Of a DNA stretch of 64,000 nt, positions 1 through 20,702 are shown piece by piece. The stretch lies in NCBI RefSeq assembly GCF_009914755.1, contig NC_060931.1, one strand, 5' to 3'. The translations under genes were made by a program, and so were the position numbers. The notes below the pieces were generated by a model. It did no database searches. It had not been told where the DNA came from and saw nothing but the letters and a program-made list of their open reading frames with translations. This DNA is from the human T2T-CHM13v2.0 reference genome, Homo sapiens. Numbering within the stretch: the first letter of the stretch is position 1; each line of letters opens with the position of its first letter.

Positions 1-447
1 TGTGTGAGGCGGGATTTTCTTCATAAACTTCAACCAAAACAATAAATCACAATAGAGTGAATGTAGAAACAGATGTGAGAATTAAGCTGAAATTTGAAAA
101 TATGTAAGACAATACCACCCTGCTCACTAGCTACTTTTGTTTGGGAAAATACAGTTTTGAAAAATAACACATATTCATAAAGAATGTTAGCAAGGGCTGG
201 GGATGGTGGCTCACATCTATAGTTCCGGATACTCAGGAGGGTGAGGCACCAGGCACTCCAGGCTAAGCCACACAACAAGACCCTGTCCATAAACAAAAAA
301 TAATATTAGCAGGTAATAGATTTATTGTTTTTTAATAAATGTTTTAAATATCTCAGCTTTAATTTCTAATACATTAAATATTGATTGATGCAAACCACAG
401 AAACAAACTCTTTGGGGTTTTCAATGCTTCTAGACTACAAAGGGGTG
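1..447. mobile_element. hAT-Charlie (Charlie1-like) DNA transposon remnant, resuming at 2117-2148
   Basis: Resembles the Charlie1 end as I recall it (tgtgaggc.ggattttcttcata.acttcaaccaaaacaa...); terminal-like gagacc...aaatcactg after the LTR; contains a partial Alu monomer at about 193-301. Confidence 0.55.
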
Positions 448-519
448 TGCAATGGTTACTTTTTTGTGAATATGACCGGTCCACAGGGTACTCAGATCAA
501 ACATGATTCTGGGAGTGTT

Positions 520-1340
520 TGTGACAGGCATGTGTCTGAGCGTGGGGAAATGTCTCTGTGAGAGGCATGTGTCTGTGAGTGGGGAGTGCGTGTGTGTGTG
601 TGGGGGGGGGTGTCTGTGAGGGGGAATGTGTGAGGAGGGAGTTTGAGGAGAGAGTGTGTGTGAAGGAGGACTGTGTGTGAGGAGGAAGTGTGTGGGGGGA
701 GTGTTTCTGAGGAGGGAGTGTGGGGGGGGAATGTGTATTAGGAGGAAGCGCATGTGAGGGGGGAGTGTTTGTGAGGAGGAAGTGTGAGGACAGAGTATGT
801 GTGAGGAGGAGTGTGTGTGAGCGGGAGTTTGTATGAGGGGGAGTGTGCATGAGGGGGAGTGTGCGTGGGGGGGAGTGTGTATGAGGGGGAGTGTGAGTGG
901 GAGCGTGTATAAGGGGGGAGTGTGTGTGAGTGGGAGCGTGTGTGAGGGGAAATGTGAGGATGTGTTCAGGCGGAAGTATGTGAGTATAGTGGGTGAGGAG
1001 GGAGTGTTTGTGAGGGGGAGTGTGTGTGAGGCAGAGTGTGAGGGAGTGTGGGTGAGGGTGTGTGTGTGAGGGGAGTGTGAGGGGGAGTGTGTGTGAGGAG
1101 GGAGTGTTTGTGGGGGGAGTGTGTGTGAGGCAGTGTGAGGAGGTAGTATGTGTGAGGGGGAGTGTGTGTGAGGGGGAGTGTGTGTGAGGAGGGAGTGTTG
1201 GGGAGGGAGTGAGGGGGGACTGTCAGTAAGTGGGGGGGTGTGAGAGGTTAATGTGTGACGGGAGTGTCTGTGAGGGGACAATGTGTGTAAAGGGGGAGTG
1301 TTTTTAGTGGGGAGTGTGTCTTAGGGGCAAGTGTGAGCGA
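520..1340 (+). repeat. Degenerate G/T/A low-complexity tandem repeat, unit about GAGGGGGAGTGTGTGT
   Basis: Directly visible; very few C on the plus strand. Confidence 0.9.
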
Positions 1341-1654
1341 GTGGTTTGTGTCTTTGTGGTAATTTCTGTAAGGGATCAGCATTTGAACTGGGAGACTCAG
1401 AAAAGCAGATGTCCTGCCCAATATTCGTGCCTCTCATCCAATTCTTGAAGGCCCGAATAGAAAAAAAGGCAGCAGAAGGTTCAATTCTACCTCTCTGCCT
1501 GACTGCTGACCTGGGACATCGGTCGTCTTCTGCTATTGGTTGCCTCTGGTTTCAAGCCTTCAGGCTCAGAGTGAAATCTACACCAGCAACTTTCCCTGGG
1601 TCTGTAATTTGTAGAAAGAAGACCATAGGATTCAGCCTTCATAACTGCTCCTCT

Positions 1655-2116
<462 letters not shown>

Positions 2117-4571
2117 GGGTATGAGACCACAACTTTTGGAAATCACTGCTTCACGAATACTGAATTCTGATTTTTCTTAGATTCATACGTGTTCAATCCA
2201 TTCCCTTTACAGAATAAGAAACCCACAGGGAAGTTAGGAAGCATGCCCAGCATTAGCCTGACAGCTGTAACAGAAACAGCAAGTGTACCCCCTTTGCTGC
2301 GACCCACAGATGAACACGTGCATGGACACACATGTCCCCTGTTTGCACTGAGATACTTCCAACAGCTAGTTTTCAGAAAGATTGGGGTGGGGTGGGAAAA
2401 GTAATCTTATTCCAGGGCCTGGAAGGCAGGAGCAAAAGTTGAGTTGCTGTTTTCCCTCCCATGCACCAAAGATAAATTTGTTAACACTGTAGCTCAATAG
2501 GATGTCAGTGTTCTTCAGCCTCAAGTTGAGGAGACAGAAAGGCTGGGTTATGGCCTTAGGGGGCTACATTGAGATTTTTCACTTTCCTTATTCAATAGGA
2601 AGCAACCCTCTGCACCAACATGGACATCCTTGCTGACTTCATCACATGAAAACACAGTCGGCGCTTCATCAGCAGTAATTTAAAGCAGATCCAAGGAGGC
2701 TTTTAATAAGTTAAAGGGCTCCTGACATGCAAGAAGCTGTTAAATGTAAGTCAGAGGTACCTCTTTTCTCTTTCTATAAAAAATGTGTACTAAAAAATGT
2801 GTATAAAAAATATTTCCAGGGAAAACCAATTCCAATTCTATCCAAAAAAGTTATTTTACTCACAGCTTCTTTGCACGGCCCTGGTAAGGGACCTGGCTGT
2901 GAGAATGGAGCATTGCTGCCACGACTCAGCCCTTTCCCAGGATGCACCTGCTGACGCTCACCACAGACACTGTTTCCTCCCGAACGTGATGACAGTGGCT
3001 GCCACCTAGGCATCTGCATCGCTGTCTTCAAGACTTTGGAGTTCTCAAAGGTACAGGGGGGAGGAGGGGTATACCAGCCACTTCCATATTCAACTTCCAA
3101 AAGCTAGAGATGTCAGTTAAATAACCCCACACGTGCTGACAAGGTTCTGTCGAGGACCCCAGGCTTTCTGTCATAGTAGGCCAATCTCATTTCAAAAGCG
3201 GCAGCAAAACCACACCTATTCCTAACAACAGCAGAGCACAGAACTGAATTAAGGATGCTGATTATCAGCTAAAAGGTTCCAAGAGAAAGACCGAACTTGG
3301 GGCTTTCCTGACAACCCACTCATTTACTAAGCATCTTCTACAGCATACACAGACATAAGCCCCTTAAAATCAGAGTACGTGAGAATACTTTTCATTTGGA
3401 AATAAATCCCATGATACACCCGTATAGAATACACTGACTATACTTAAACACTTTAAGCTTCATCACCATGTGGGACACTATGGAATTAGCTAAATCCGTT
3501 CTTGAAGGTTAGTTTCCCTAAGGAAAAATGCTCTCTTCAGGGAAAAAAACTTGGGCGGAATACATTACTGAGATGTTACCAAATCAAAAAAAGTGAAGGG
3601 TACATGTGATAATATCAGATAAGGTAGCATAAAAATATCACTACGCCATGTTACATAATCTCGAAAGGATATACACACATAAGATCAATGAGGCTAAGTT
3701 AAAATATTGTCGTTATGATTAAGGTAACTTATCTCTACAAAACACACATCTCAACAAGGAAAATAAAGAAAAATGGATATGGTGAGATTTTAAAACTTCT
3801 TCATGCTACTTTTCTGACTCAAAGAAAGGGCAACGCTGCAGTGACTCCCACAGGATGAGGCTCACCTGGGATGTGACAACACACTGGGCTGTGGGGGTCT
3901 GCGTGGGAGGCTACTGCCTGGGAAAGTCCCAGGCAACATGAAGTTGATGTCTCCCAGCACAAAAAACACCCTGGAGCACCCCCAAAATGTACTCATCCCA
4001 GTCCCAAGTAGAAGAATCCACACAAACCAGGAACTTCGCTCATGCTGAAGCCACGTGCCCTGGAATTGATTTGTGTTGACTGCCACAATTGATTCAAGTG
4101 AAATTGATTCACAACTTGAAGCAGAGGAAAAAACTAAAAGCAGTGCCCCTTTCAAACAGCAGTGCCCACCACAACTGTTACTCCAAGTTCTGAACTGTGC
4201 TGTGGAGGACCTGGAAGTGGGTTTTCTCCCCCTTAATCATGAAAATAGCTGACGTTTGTGGTGGCTTTCAGCACAGAAGTTCCTTTTGGATTCTTACTAA
4301 AGATGGGTAGATCGAACATAAGCATTTACCTCTGCTACCCGCAAAACCCAGTAAGACACGAAATGCTTTTTTAAAAAGGCATAGACCTGTAAGAACAAAG
4401 TGGGAGAACAGATACTAGCACGCATATTATAAAAGGGGAAATCAGACAGAGCAGTCTCTGTCTCTGCATACTCAAGGAAAGCCAAACCCTAAGCTGGGGG
4501 AGCAATCCCACAAGGAAAAACACATCCAACTGTCCCCAGGCCCAGGGACAGAAGTGGGTAGCACCAGCTAG

Positions 4572-4713
4572 GCTGAGAATGGTGGTAAATAAGGGAAAAT
4601 CACTGAGTCTGTTCAACTACGCTGAGAATGGTGGTGAATAAGGAAAATCACTGAGTCTGTTCAGCTACGCTGAGAATGGCGGTAAATAAGGAAAATCACT
4701 GAGTTTGTTCAAA
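4572..4713 (+). repeat. 48-49 bp tandem repeat, 3 copies
   Basis: gctgagaatggtggtaaataaggaaaatcactgagtctgttcaactac x3. Confidence 0.9.
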
Positions 4714-4724
4714 AAGCAGTTTGA

Positions 4725-5187
4725 CTCATTCATCATGAAATGCAAATTAAAACTACACTGAGATACCATTTCTCACCTATCAGATTGGCAAAAATCCAAA
4801 ATCTCAATGACATACTCTGTTGGCCAAGCTGAGGGAAACAGGCTTCTCATGCATGGCTGATGAGAGGCAAAATGGTGCAACCTCTAGAGACAGGAACTAG
4901 GCAATTATGCAAAAAAATCACAAATCCACTTCCTGTCCTCTAGCAATCTCTTTCATTACTCTATCCCAATTATATACCAGTGAAGGCCTGAGAAGAAATA
5001 CACACAAGGCTGTTCATTGCGGTACTATGGCAAAAGCAAAAGTGAAAACACCCAAAGTCTCCGCAAGGCACTGGTTAGATAAATTGCTTCATGCACATAA
5101 GGGAGCACCAGTCTGCTGTGAAAAAAAATGAGAGCTCCATGTTATGTTACAGGTTGAAGAGGTTTCCAGAATATATTAAGCTAAAAA

Positions 5188-5222
<35 letters not shown>

Positions 5223-8200
5223 TAAAATACAATGTATCTGGTATGTTTCCATTTGTCTAAGAAAGGATGTTAGTATAACAGGCCTCGCTCTGTCACCCAG
5301 GCTGGAGTACAGTGGCACCATCATGGCTCACTGCAGCCTCAACCTCCCGGGATCAACTGATCCTCCCACCTCAGCCTCCGAAGTAGCTGCAATTATAGGT
5401 GCGTGCCACCACACCTGGCTAATTTTCACACTTTTGTATTTTTTTGTAGAGATGGGTTTTGCCATGCTGCCCAGGCTGGTCTTGAACTCCTGGCTTCAGC
5501 GATCCACTCGCCTCGGTCTCCCAAAGTGCAGGATTACAGCTGTGAGCCACTGTGACTGGGTGGAGTACAGTGGCGCAATCTCAGCTCACTGCAACCTCTG
5601 CCTCCCAGGTTCTAAGCGATTCTCCTGCCTCAGCCTCCAGCGTAGCTGGGATTACAGGCATGTACCACCATGCCAGGCTAATTCTGTATTTTTAGTAGAG
5701 ATGGGGTTTCACCATGTTGTCCAGGCTGGTCTCGAATTCCTGACCTCAGGTGATCCACCCGCCTCGGCCTCCCATAGTGCTAGGATTACAGGCGTGAGCC
5801 ACCACGCCCGGCTGGCCTGCTTATTTTTTAATAGAAGAATAAACCATACATTTTTAAAAAACATTACCTATTTTGGAAATTCAGAAATATGTATTATTTG
5901 AATATACCTTTTTGAAAACTTGATGTTTGGTACCATATAAATATAAAAATATAGACAGATTTTAAAAACAACACCTACAAATTGGTGGTAAAACTAAACA
6001 AATATATCTGATTATGTATCCAGCTGGGGGCAGAACAGCCATACAGAAAGAGCTGTGTTTGTGTTCCCTAAGGGGATATACCCCTAAGGTCAAAAGAACT
6101 GCAAAAAAATCTTAAACTGTTTCAAGAATCACATTGATGGTGGCAGTGTTTGCAATGTTACTCTTAGACTACAGTGAGTGTATTGCTGAACCGAATGAGT
6201 AATCACATTGGTGTCACTGAGAACTCAGACTTTTGGCTCAGTTAAAAGGATATAAACAGCTAAGACCAATGAGGTTAAGTTAAAATTCTCAAGTCCTAAA
6301 TTTGAACTGGAATGATCAGTATGAACTCACATGTTTATCCCCAAAAATTTCATATAACTATATTATCATAAAAATAATTCATGCATACAATTATATGCAT
6401 AATTTTATATATGTATACTTTTTAAATGTATACTTATATAATCTTCTAGCTCTGATTACTGAAAAGCACTAGAAACAACGGTCAATGACCAACCCGTTAG
6501 CAATAACACTCCTAGAGGCCAGATCATGGTCTCCAACTGCCATTTTCCACTCAAACCATAAGTCCTCGGAGAAACAGTTGATTCTAGGTCTAGTGCACGA
6601 AATGTACAAGAGGAGCCTGGGACTACTCAACACATCAGGAAGCAGGGAGGCTCCCAAAAACTGCTTGGGTCACATTATGAGGACTACAGGCCAAACTGAA
6701 TGAGCTCTCACTGGCCAGAAAATATGGGCTCCAATAAGGACAATAACTACGATGGACTGAAACTCATCAAATGACACTAATTTTAACAATTCTCATTCGT
6801 CGCTTTTTGAAGATGCTCACTATTTTTGAATACTGGTAAATAATTCCCCTCCTTTCCTATACAATCTATACAAGGGGGCAAGCAAACCAAATATTCCAGC
6901 TGATAAAAAAGAAATATAATTCTCAGAGTATGACTTTTTGCAAACTTTTATGAATTAACAGATCGAGGTAATTATCATCAATAGCTAATAACATCACAAA
7001 AAGAGAGGCTATTGTGAGGTAGGTACATCCTAAGGGAGGAGCCAATATTCCCTATGAGGAACCCTGTCAAACAAAAACAAACCTGAATTTAATCAAATTG
7101 AGAAGTACAAACTATGATAAAGATTTAACGACAACTCTCAGGAAAAACAGAGACAGAGTAACGTGTTAAATGATGCTGCAAGGATGCAATCAGCACCTCT
7201 GCAAGCCCACAGGACAAACACAAGTGTACAAAACAAGTACCAGCAGTATTTTAAAACGACGGAGTGGAATCCACAAGAAACATAAGACACTTGGTATATA
7301 AACCTTATTTGGATCTCATTCAAGCTAGCAAACTGTAAGAACAGATATCTACTGAAGAATTTGAGATATGGGATGATCTTACACAATTTTTATCATAATT
7401 GCCTATTAACATAGTTAACATCTTACTTACATAACTGTTTTTAGATGTAATAGCGGTACTGTGGCTGTGTTTTTATTTGATATCTGAGACTTGCTTCAAA
7501 ATCAGCCAGTGGGTGGGCAGTGGATGAAGGTACAAATAAACCTGTCATGCAGCTGATAAATGTTCCACCGTAATAAAATTAAGAGAAAGTAAAGGTGTAA
7601 ACAGAGCCTCAGATCCCCATGCCCTCTCTGGTAGGCAACTAGAGATTTATTTTCCAGGGCATATGAGATAGAGGCTCTCTGAACTGAGGGTGCAGCACCA
7701 TACTGAAAACAGGGGGTTAGTAAACACTGACACTGTTGAATAAGAAGAGTCCGTACCTCTTTCCCCTCACTCTGCACCCAGAATACCGGCTGCTAGGTCG
7801 ACACTTCACCAAGCAGGAGATTGGAACAAAAACAATCTGGCCAGCCCAAGAGAAAAAGACTTAAAACTACCAACAGGAAGAGTTTTCTGATTAAAAGATC
7901 TAACCAGGCTACCCTATTACGACCATATAGTTGACATGGTCAAGAGTTTCATTCTGTTTTTTAGTGCCCTGATCTTAAAAATGAGCAAAGATGACAAGAC
8001 ATTCAAGGAACGCCTCTAATATGAAACAGAGAGATGAGATAATACAAGCTGGGAAAAGAGAACATGGAAGCAATGAGACTACAACAGAAGTTCCAGATGG
8101 AGAGAAAAAACAGAAAGCAAGACGGTGGTAAGGAAATCAGACAAGTAATTTAAAAAAATTTCCTAGAATGCAAAGATGTGACAAAGGGCACTGAGTAACC

Positions 8201-8660
8201 TGCATAATGTTGAAAAACAGAATCACCTCAGGGTACATCCCAGGGAAATTCAGATCAGTGGGTACAAGAAACAGATTCTGAAAGTTCCAGATAAAGAGGT
8301 GGGGAAAAGACTAAGGATCAAAATGGCATTAAACTTCTCAGCTGTTGAAAGATAAAAGATAATAAAACAATGCCATCATAAGTAAGAGGAAAAATTATTT
8401 CCAACCTAGAATTCTATACTAAGATAAACTAGCAAGCAAGTATAATAGCATATTTTTTACATTAAAGATTTCCCAAAATTAACTTTCCATACAACCCATT
8501 TCTCAGGAAGCAACTGGACCATGTGCACCACCAAAACAAGGGAGTAAACCAAGAAGGCAAAATAGATGCATCCAAGAAGATAAACTAAACGAAAAGCAAC
8601 TTCCACTTCTGTTCAAAATGGAGTAACAAGGATTGCATTTAACTTCCCACTGTAACCAAC
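4725..8660 (+). mobile_element. Old L1 (L1M/L1ME-like) fragments
   Basis: L1 3' motifs (gaaatgcaaattaaaactacactgagataccattt) in A-rich decayed sequence; boundaries approximate. Confidence 0.55.
5281..5817 (-). mobile_element. Two abutting tail-less Alus (AluJ-like 5281-5560, AluS-like 5561-5817)
   Basis: Two reverse Alu bodies joined with no poly(T) between them. Confidence 0.85.
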
Positions 8661-8680
8661 TACAAAAATGGACAAAACAA

Positions 8681-8977
8681 GGCCAGGCACGGTGGCTCAT
8701 GCCTGTAATCCCAGCACTTTGGGAGGCCGAGGTGGGTGGATCACGAGGTCAGGAGTTTGAGACCAGCCTGGCCAAGAGACGGGCCTGGCCAATATGGTGA
8801 AACCCTGCCTCTACTAAAAATACAAAAATTAGACGGGCACGGTGGCGGGTGCGGCTGGGGCAGGAGAATTGCTTGAACCCGGGAGGTGGAGGTGGCAGTG
8901 AGACGAGATCATACCATTGCCCTCCAGCCTGGGCGACAGAGCAAGACTCCAACTCAAAAAAAAAAGAAAAAAGAAAA
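8681..8977 (+). mobile_element. AluS with small internal duplication and right-arm deletion
   Basis: TSD aaaatggacaaaacaa; cctggccaa repeated at about 8767-8792. Confidence 0.85.
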
Positions 8978-9316
8978 ATGGACAAAACAATTAAATAGCT
9001 GCTTTCAGACACTGGGTGCAAGCATGCAAGATTGTGAGCCCTGTGGTCACCCTGGCTTTCAACCAGAGGCATTTCTGGGCCATGAACACAGCGAGAAGGA
9101 CCACACACAAAGCCTAGAGGTCTCACTAACTGGAGGAGATGGCGACCCAGGTTTGTGGGATGCAGAGGTGGCTGGAGCTGCAGAGGAGAAAGCTGGGGAG
9201 AAAAAGGGCTGAGGAATCGGAAAAGGGTAAGAGGCCATTCTTGTGTAAAAGCTAGATTTTAGAAAAACAAAACAAAACTATCAGGAAGTTGTAAGACAAA
9301 CAGTTCTCAGAACTCA

Positions 9317-9642
<326 letters not shown>

Positions 9643-9784
9643 TCAGCCACAGCAATGTCCTTAGTCATTCCCCACGTCATTCAGCCAAGATCGTAGAGGG
9701 GCCTCACCTCAGTAGGAGAGCTGAACTTCTGGTGGAATAATGGCTGCTCTAGCGCTGACAGTTATGTTTAAAAACAGGCCTCAA

Positions 9785-10510
9785 TACCACTTCACAAACA
9801 TTGGGATGACTGTTATCAAAAACATAAAACAAAATCCCCAAAATAACTAATGTTAGCAAGAATATGGAGAAATTTAAACCCTCGTGCACTGCTAGTGGGA
9901 ATGTAAAATGGTACAGCCACTGTGGAAAAGAGTATGGCAGATCCTCGAAAAATTAAAAATAGAACTACCATATGATCCAGTAATTCTACCTCTGGGTACA
10001 TACCCCCCAAAATTTAAAGCACACCTCACAGAGCCATCTCTCCACCCATGTTCACTGCAACATTATTCACAATAGCCAGGAGGTGGAAACAAATCAAGTG
10101 TCCATGGATGGATGACTGGATTAACAAAGCGTGGACTAGCCATACAATGAAATATTATTCAGCCCTAAAAAGGAAATGCTGACACATGCTACAACAGATG
10201 AACCTTGAGGATAGTACACTGAGTGAAATAAGCCAGCCACAAAAGAACTAATATTTTATGATTCCCCTTACACGAGGTGCCTGGGTAGTCGAATTCATGA
10301 AGACAGAAAGTAGAATGGTAGCTGCCAGGGGCTAGGGGACGGAGGATGGGAGCTAGTGTTTAGGGCCACAGAGTTTCCGCTTCAGAAGACGAAAAATTCT
10401 AGAGATGGATGGTGGTAATGGTGGTACAATAATGTGAATGTACTTAATGCCACTGAGCTGAAAGTGTAAAATAGCAAATTGTTATATATATTCTACCACA
10501 TTTTAAAAAT
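9785..10510 (+). mobile_element. L1MB-like 3' end
   Basis: atgtaaaatggtacagccactgtggaaaa...gaatgtacttaatgccactgagc. Confidence 0.75.
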
Positions 10511-11833
10511 ACTTTTTATTAATATGAAAAAACAGCCTCAAATGAACCAAACTGATTCATATGTAACTACCTGCCAAAACAAAGCCCATAGCTATCCAAC
10601 AATGTAACATTCATAATGTTCTAATAAAAAATTACTAGAATTATCTACTTTCAAGATTTTTCCTCTTCACATCATGGTGAAGTAGCAAGGGAGTGAATTT
10701 ACCCTCCAGCCTGACCAAACAATAAACCACACAAATGTGAAATGAGTTTTCTGACACTGGATAACAGGCAGCAGGACTCAGGTTCCTGAGGGGACGAAAC
10801 AAACGAGGTAGGTCCTACGATCACATCAGGTACTCTCTGGAAGCCGTTTCTAGGCAGGGAGGAGACACACAGGGTCTGGTGGCCTCATTATGTTAAGAAG
10901 AGAGAGACAGAATGGAGTTTGGGAAGGTCAAGAGAGCTAAAATCTACAGTGTAGGATACCCAAGAAAGGGAGCTAAGGAAAGAACCATTTAAAGATCTGC
11001 AGAGGGGTTCACTTGAGTCTTTGGCTGAGTTCTGAACTATGCAAACAGGAGAGAAACAACTAGACCAGGGAAAGAATCACCAGGCTGGTGTAGACACAAT
11101 AGTTCCTGGAGACCACACAGGGCTAAGAACAGTTTACATACCCAGTAGCAAGACCAGAAGGACCTTGCAATGTATGGGAGAGTTGGCCAGTCTTTAGTAC
11201 CCAGAAGGGTATTCCTTTACTACCCAGAGGGTATTGCTTTAGTAGTAGGAATAAGCTAGTCTTAGAGTAAAGGTTGCTCTATACCGACACTAACAAAGCT
11301 TAAAAGTAATCCTCAAAAGGATCCAACTGATTCCAGGTAACTTAACCATATGCCATAACAAACTCTAACACTGTTTAAAGGTATACAACAAAAGCCAGCA
11401 AACAATGATATAAAATTTATGATATCCATCAACTATTCAAAAATCTATTCAAAAATGTCTAGTAATTCAAAAATTACTAGAAACACAAAACAATAACAAC
11501 GACAAAAAAGTAACCAATAGCTGGGAGAAACCAGAAAAGATATAGACCAGAAATGACTGAATGAACAGACAAGGACATTAAAACAGCTATTATAAATATG
11601 TAATATATGGTTTAAAAAGGTAGAGAAAAAAATGAACTTAATGAGGAGCTATTAAAATGACTCAAAAGTAGCTCCTGGAAGTGAAAAACACACAGAGGAA
11701 AAAACTGGAAAGAAATAAAAAGAGCACGAAGAAGCCACGGAAAATACCAGGCAGGATAACGCACATGTAATTGGAGCTAGGAAAGGGGAAGGTAAGGGAA
11801 AGGTTGTTGAAGAAATAATGGATGAAGATTTTT

Positions 11834-14773
<2,940 letters not shown>

Positions 14774-14899
14774 GAAGATTTTTCAAATTTGATAACTAAA
14801 ACCCAACACACTCAACAATTCTAATGAAACCTAAGCAGAAGAAACATGAGGAGAACCACACCCAAATACATCATAATCAAATTGCTAAAAACCAGTGAT

Positions 14900-15207
<308 letters not shown>

Positions 15208-15361
15208 GTGATAAAGAGATCATGAAGGCAGACAGAGACACGAAGGTGGGACTGGCAGTAGGATGCTCATCAGTAACCAAATAAGGCACAGTAAAACATG
15301 CTTAAACTCCTGGGAGAAAAATATCAACGCAGGATTCTCTTTCTAGCAAAAATACCTCAGA

Positions 15362-15860
<499 letters not shown>

Positions 15861-16280
15861 TAAAATTTTTTAAACCTTCAAAAATGAAGGCAAAATACTC
15901 TTCCAGATAATCAAAAGCCGAGAAAACTCATAACTAGCAGATATATGCTAAAGAGATATTAAAGAAAGCTCTTTAAAAGAAAGAAAATGACACCATATGG
16001 AAATCTGAAACTGCACAAAGGAAAGAACATTGCCAGAAATAGTGAATACGTGGATAAACTTAAAAGACAATTTTCTCTCATGTTTAAATCTTTTAAAAAG
16101 TTAATTAACAGTTTAAAACAAAAATAATGACAATGAATTTTGGGAATAACATATGTAGAAGTAAAATGTATGACAATGATAGCACAGCGAACAGAAGGTG
16201 GAGGTAAGCTGCTAAGTTTGTGTGCAACTCATGAAGGGATACAGTATTTTTTGAAGGTAGATATGTTAGTTAATAGATGT

Positions 16281-16577
16281 GGGCCAGGCGCGGTGGATCA
16301 TGCTGGTAACCCCAGCACCTTGGGAGGCCGAGGCAGGCAGATCATGAGGTCAGGAGTTCGAGACCAGCCTGGCCAAAATAGTGAAACCCCATCTCTACTA
16401 AAAATACAAAAAAATTAGCCAGGCATGGTGGCAGGCAGCTGTAATCCCAGCTACTCGAGAGGTTGAGGCAAGAGAATCGCTTGAACCCAGAAGGCGGAGG
16501 TTGCAGTGAGCCAAGATCACCCACTGCAATCCAGCCCAGACGACAGTGTGAGACTCCATCTCAAAAAAAAAAAAAAA
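16281..16577 (+). mobile_element. AluS
   Basis: Alu dimer. Confidence 0.88.
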
Positions 16578-17201
16578 TGCATAAAAAGGATTTGACAAAA
16601 TTTTAACACCTACTCACGGAAAAAAATTCTCAGAAAACTAGGAATAGAAAGGCACTTCCTCATCCTGATAAAATGCATCTATAAACAACCTACAGTTTAT
16701 TGAGCTGTGGAAGACTGAATGCTGTGCTGTGGAGACCAGAACAAGGCGAGAGTGCCTGCTCACACCACTTCCAGGCTACATTTTACTGGAGGTTCTCACC
16801 GGCACAAAAAGGAAAAGCAATAAAAGCATCCAGACTGGAAAGGAAGATGTAAATGGCATTTATTTTTAGATAACCTGATCGTCTGAGTAGAAAATATGAC
16901 AGAGCCTATAAATAAACTACCACAAGTCATCAATGAGCTTAGAAAAGTAGAATACAAAGTCAACATACAAAAAGAAACTGCCTTCCTCTATTCCAGTATA
17001 AACAATTAGAAGTTGAAAATTTAAAAATACTACCATTTACAACAGCTCTATAAAACACAAAATACGTAGGGATAAATTTAATAAAACATATGGAAGACCT
17101 ATATCATGAAAATGACAAAATATTGGGAGAAATTAAATGTCTGAAAAACTAGACAATGGTCATGGATCAGACGACTCAACACTGTTGAGTGTCAATTCTC
17201 C

Positions 17202-18206
<1,005 letters not shown>

Positions 18207-19086
18207 TCCCCAGCTTGATCTGTAAATTTAGTGTAATCACAATCAGAATTGTACTGCATGTTTTCGTCTGTAGAAATTGACAAATTGATTCTACAATGTA
18301 TATGAAAAGGCAAAGGAGCTAGAAAAGCCAAAACCACATCAAAAAACAGAAAGCCAATTGGGGACTTGCAATTCACAATTTTAAGACACAGGTACGGCTC
18401 AAATAAAAAGGACCCTGGGAATTGGCGTAAGGATGGCCATAGCTCAGTGCACAGAAAAGACTCCAGAAAGAGCCCACACAGGTATAGCCAACTGCATCTT
18501 GACGAAGATGCAAGGTGATTTCATGGAGGAGGAAAGGGTGCAGGAACAACGGGATAATCATATGGGGAAAAACCAAAAACAACAAACTGAACTTGGACTC
18601 CACATCCAAGATTAACTTAAAATGGATTACACACCTAATCATAACAGCTCAAACATACACTTACACAGCAGAGCTTCTCAACATCACACCATTGACCACT
18701 GGGCTGGAATGACTCTTTGTTGCAAGGGCTGTCCCGTGCCTCCTACCTGAGGCATTTTGTGGCAACCCAGCCCACCAAGACACCTGTGCCACTGACGGAA
18801 AGAGGGGCAAACTCATGCCCAGCTGAGCCCTGCTGGTCTAGATGAAGGGCAGGTCCAGAGATGTGTCATGGAGTTCCTTGATAAAAATATTACCTTCTAA
18901 TGGTGCAGGGACTACTAGATATCCATATGGCATAAAGAAATAAATAAATCCTTACCTCATACCATACATAAACATTAATTCAAAATGGATCACAGACCTA
19001 AACACAAGAGCAGAGCTTTTAGGTTTCGATAAGGAGATAATAAAAGCAGCCACAGACACCAATGTAGAAATAACAGCAAGATTCTC

Positions 19087-19396
<310 letters not shown>

Positions 19397-19580
19397 TTAA
19401 CTATGCAAGCCAAAATAAAACATGTTATTTCATACAGGACAACAAATAAACATGGTTTTTTACATGTCTTTTTATATAGAACACAAAAAGCACAAACTAC
19501 AAGAGTATAATTGATAAACAGGACTTCTTCAAAATTAAAATTTCCTATTTGAAAGACACCATTTTAAAAAATTAAAATAG

Positions 19581-20205
<625 letters not shown>

Positions 20206-20412
20206 TTAAATGTAGACTTAACATATTAACCAGAACTTCCACTCCAAGAAACTGACCCAGTGAAACAAGCCCACACAGACTTGTATACATGAAGGTTCCT
20301 AGCAACTTTATCTGCAATAGCCAAAGGACCATCAATAAACAGCCAAAGGGGAATCAATAGGTGAGTGGGTAAATAGCCAAACAACCATCAACAGGTGAAT
20401 GGATAAACAGCC

Positions 20413-20702
20413 AAATGACCCTCAATAGGTGAATGGCTAAGCCACCACAGTGTGGATGAACCTCAAGACTGTGGCAGTGTGGGGCCAGGTCCCAGCAGCC
20501 GTTGTAACAAACGACGCTCAATAGGTGAATGGCTAAGCCACCACAATGTGGATGAATCTCAAGACTGGACAGTGTGGGGCCAGGTCCCAGCAGCCGTTGT
20601 AACAAATAACCCTCAATAGGTGAATGGCTAAGCCACCACAGTGTGGATGAACCTCAAGACTGTGACAGTGTGGGGCCGGGTCCCAGCAGCCGTTGTAACA
20701 AA
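20413..20702 (+). repeat. 95-96 bp tandem repeat, 3 copies
   Basis: ctcaataggtgaatggctaagccaccaca... at 20421, 20517, 20612. Confidence 0.92.

Noticed and set aside
430-1281. 283-aa His/Pro/Thr-rich ORF and overlapping ORFs
   Set aside because: Translation of the low-complexity repeat; stop-poor because of base composition.
5191-5220. 30-nt poly(A) run as a possible retrocopy tail
   Set aside because: No upstream mRNA-like body or clear TSD; sits in A-rich old L1.
5323-5901. 192-aa ORF and many similar SPRLECSG / FHHVGQAG ORFs across the window
   Set aside because: Alu-derived translations.
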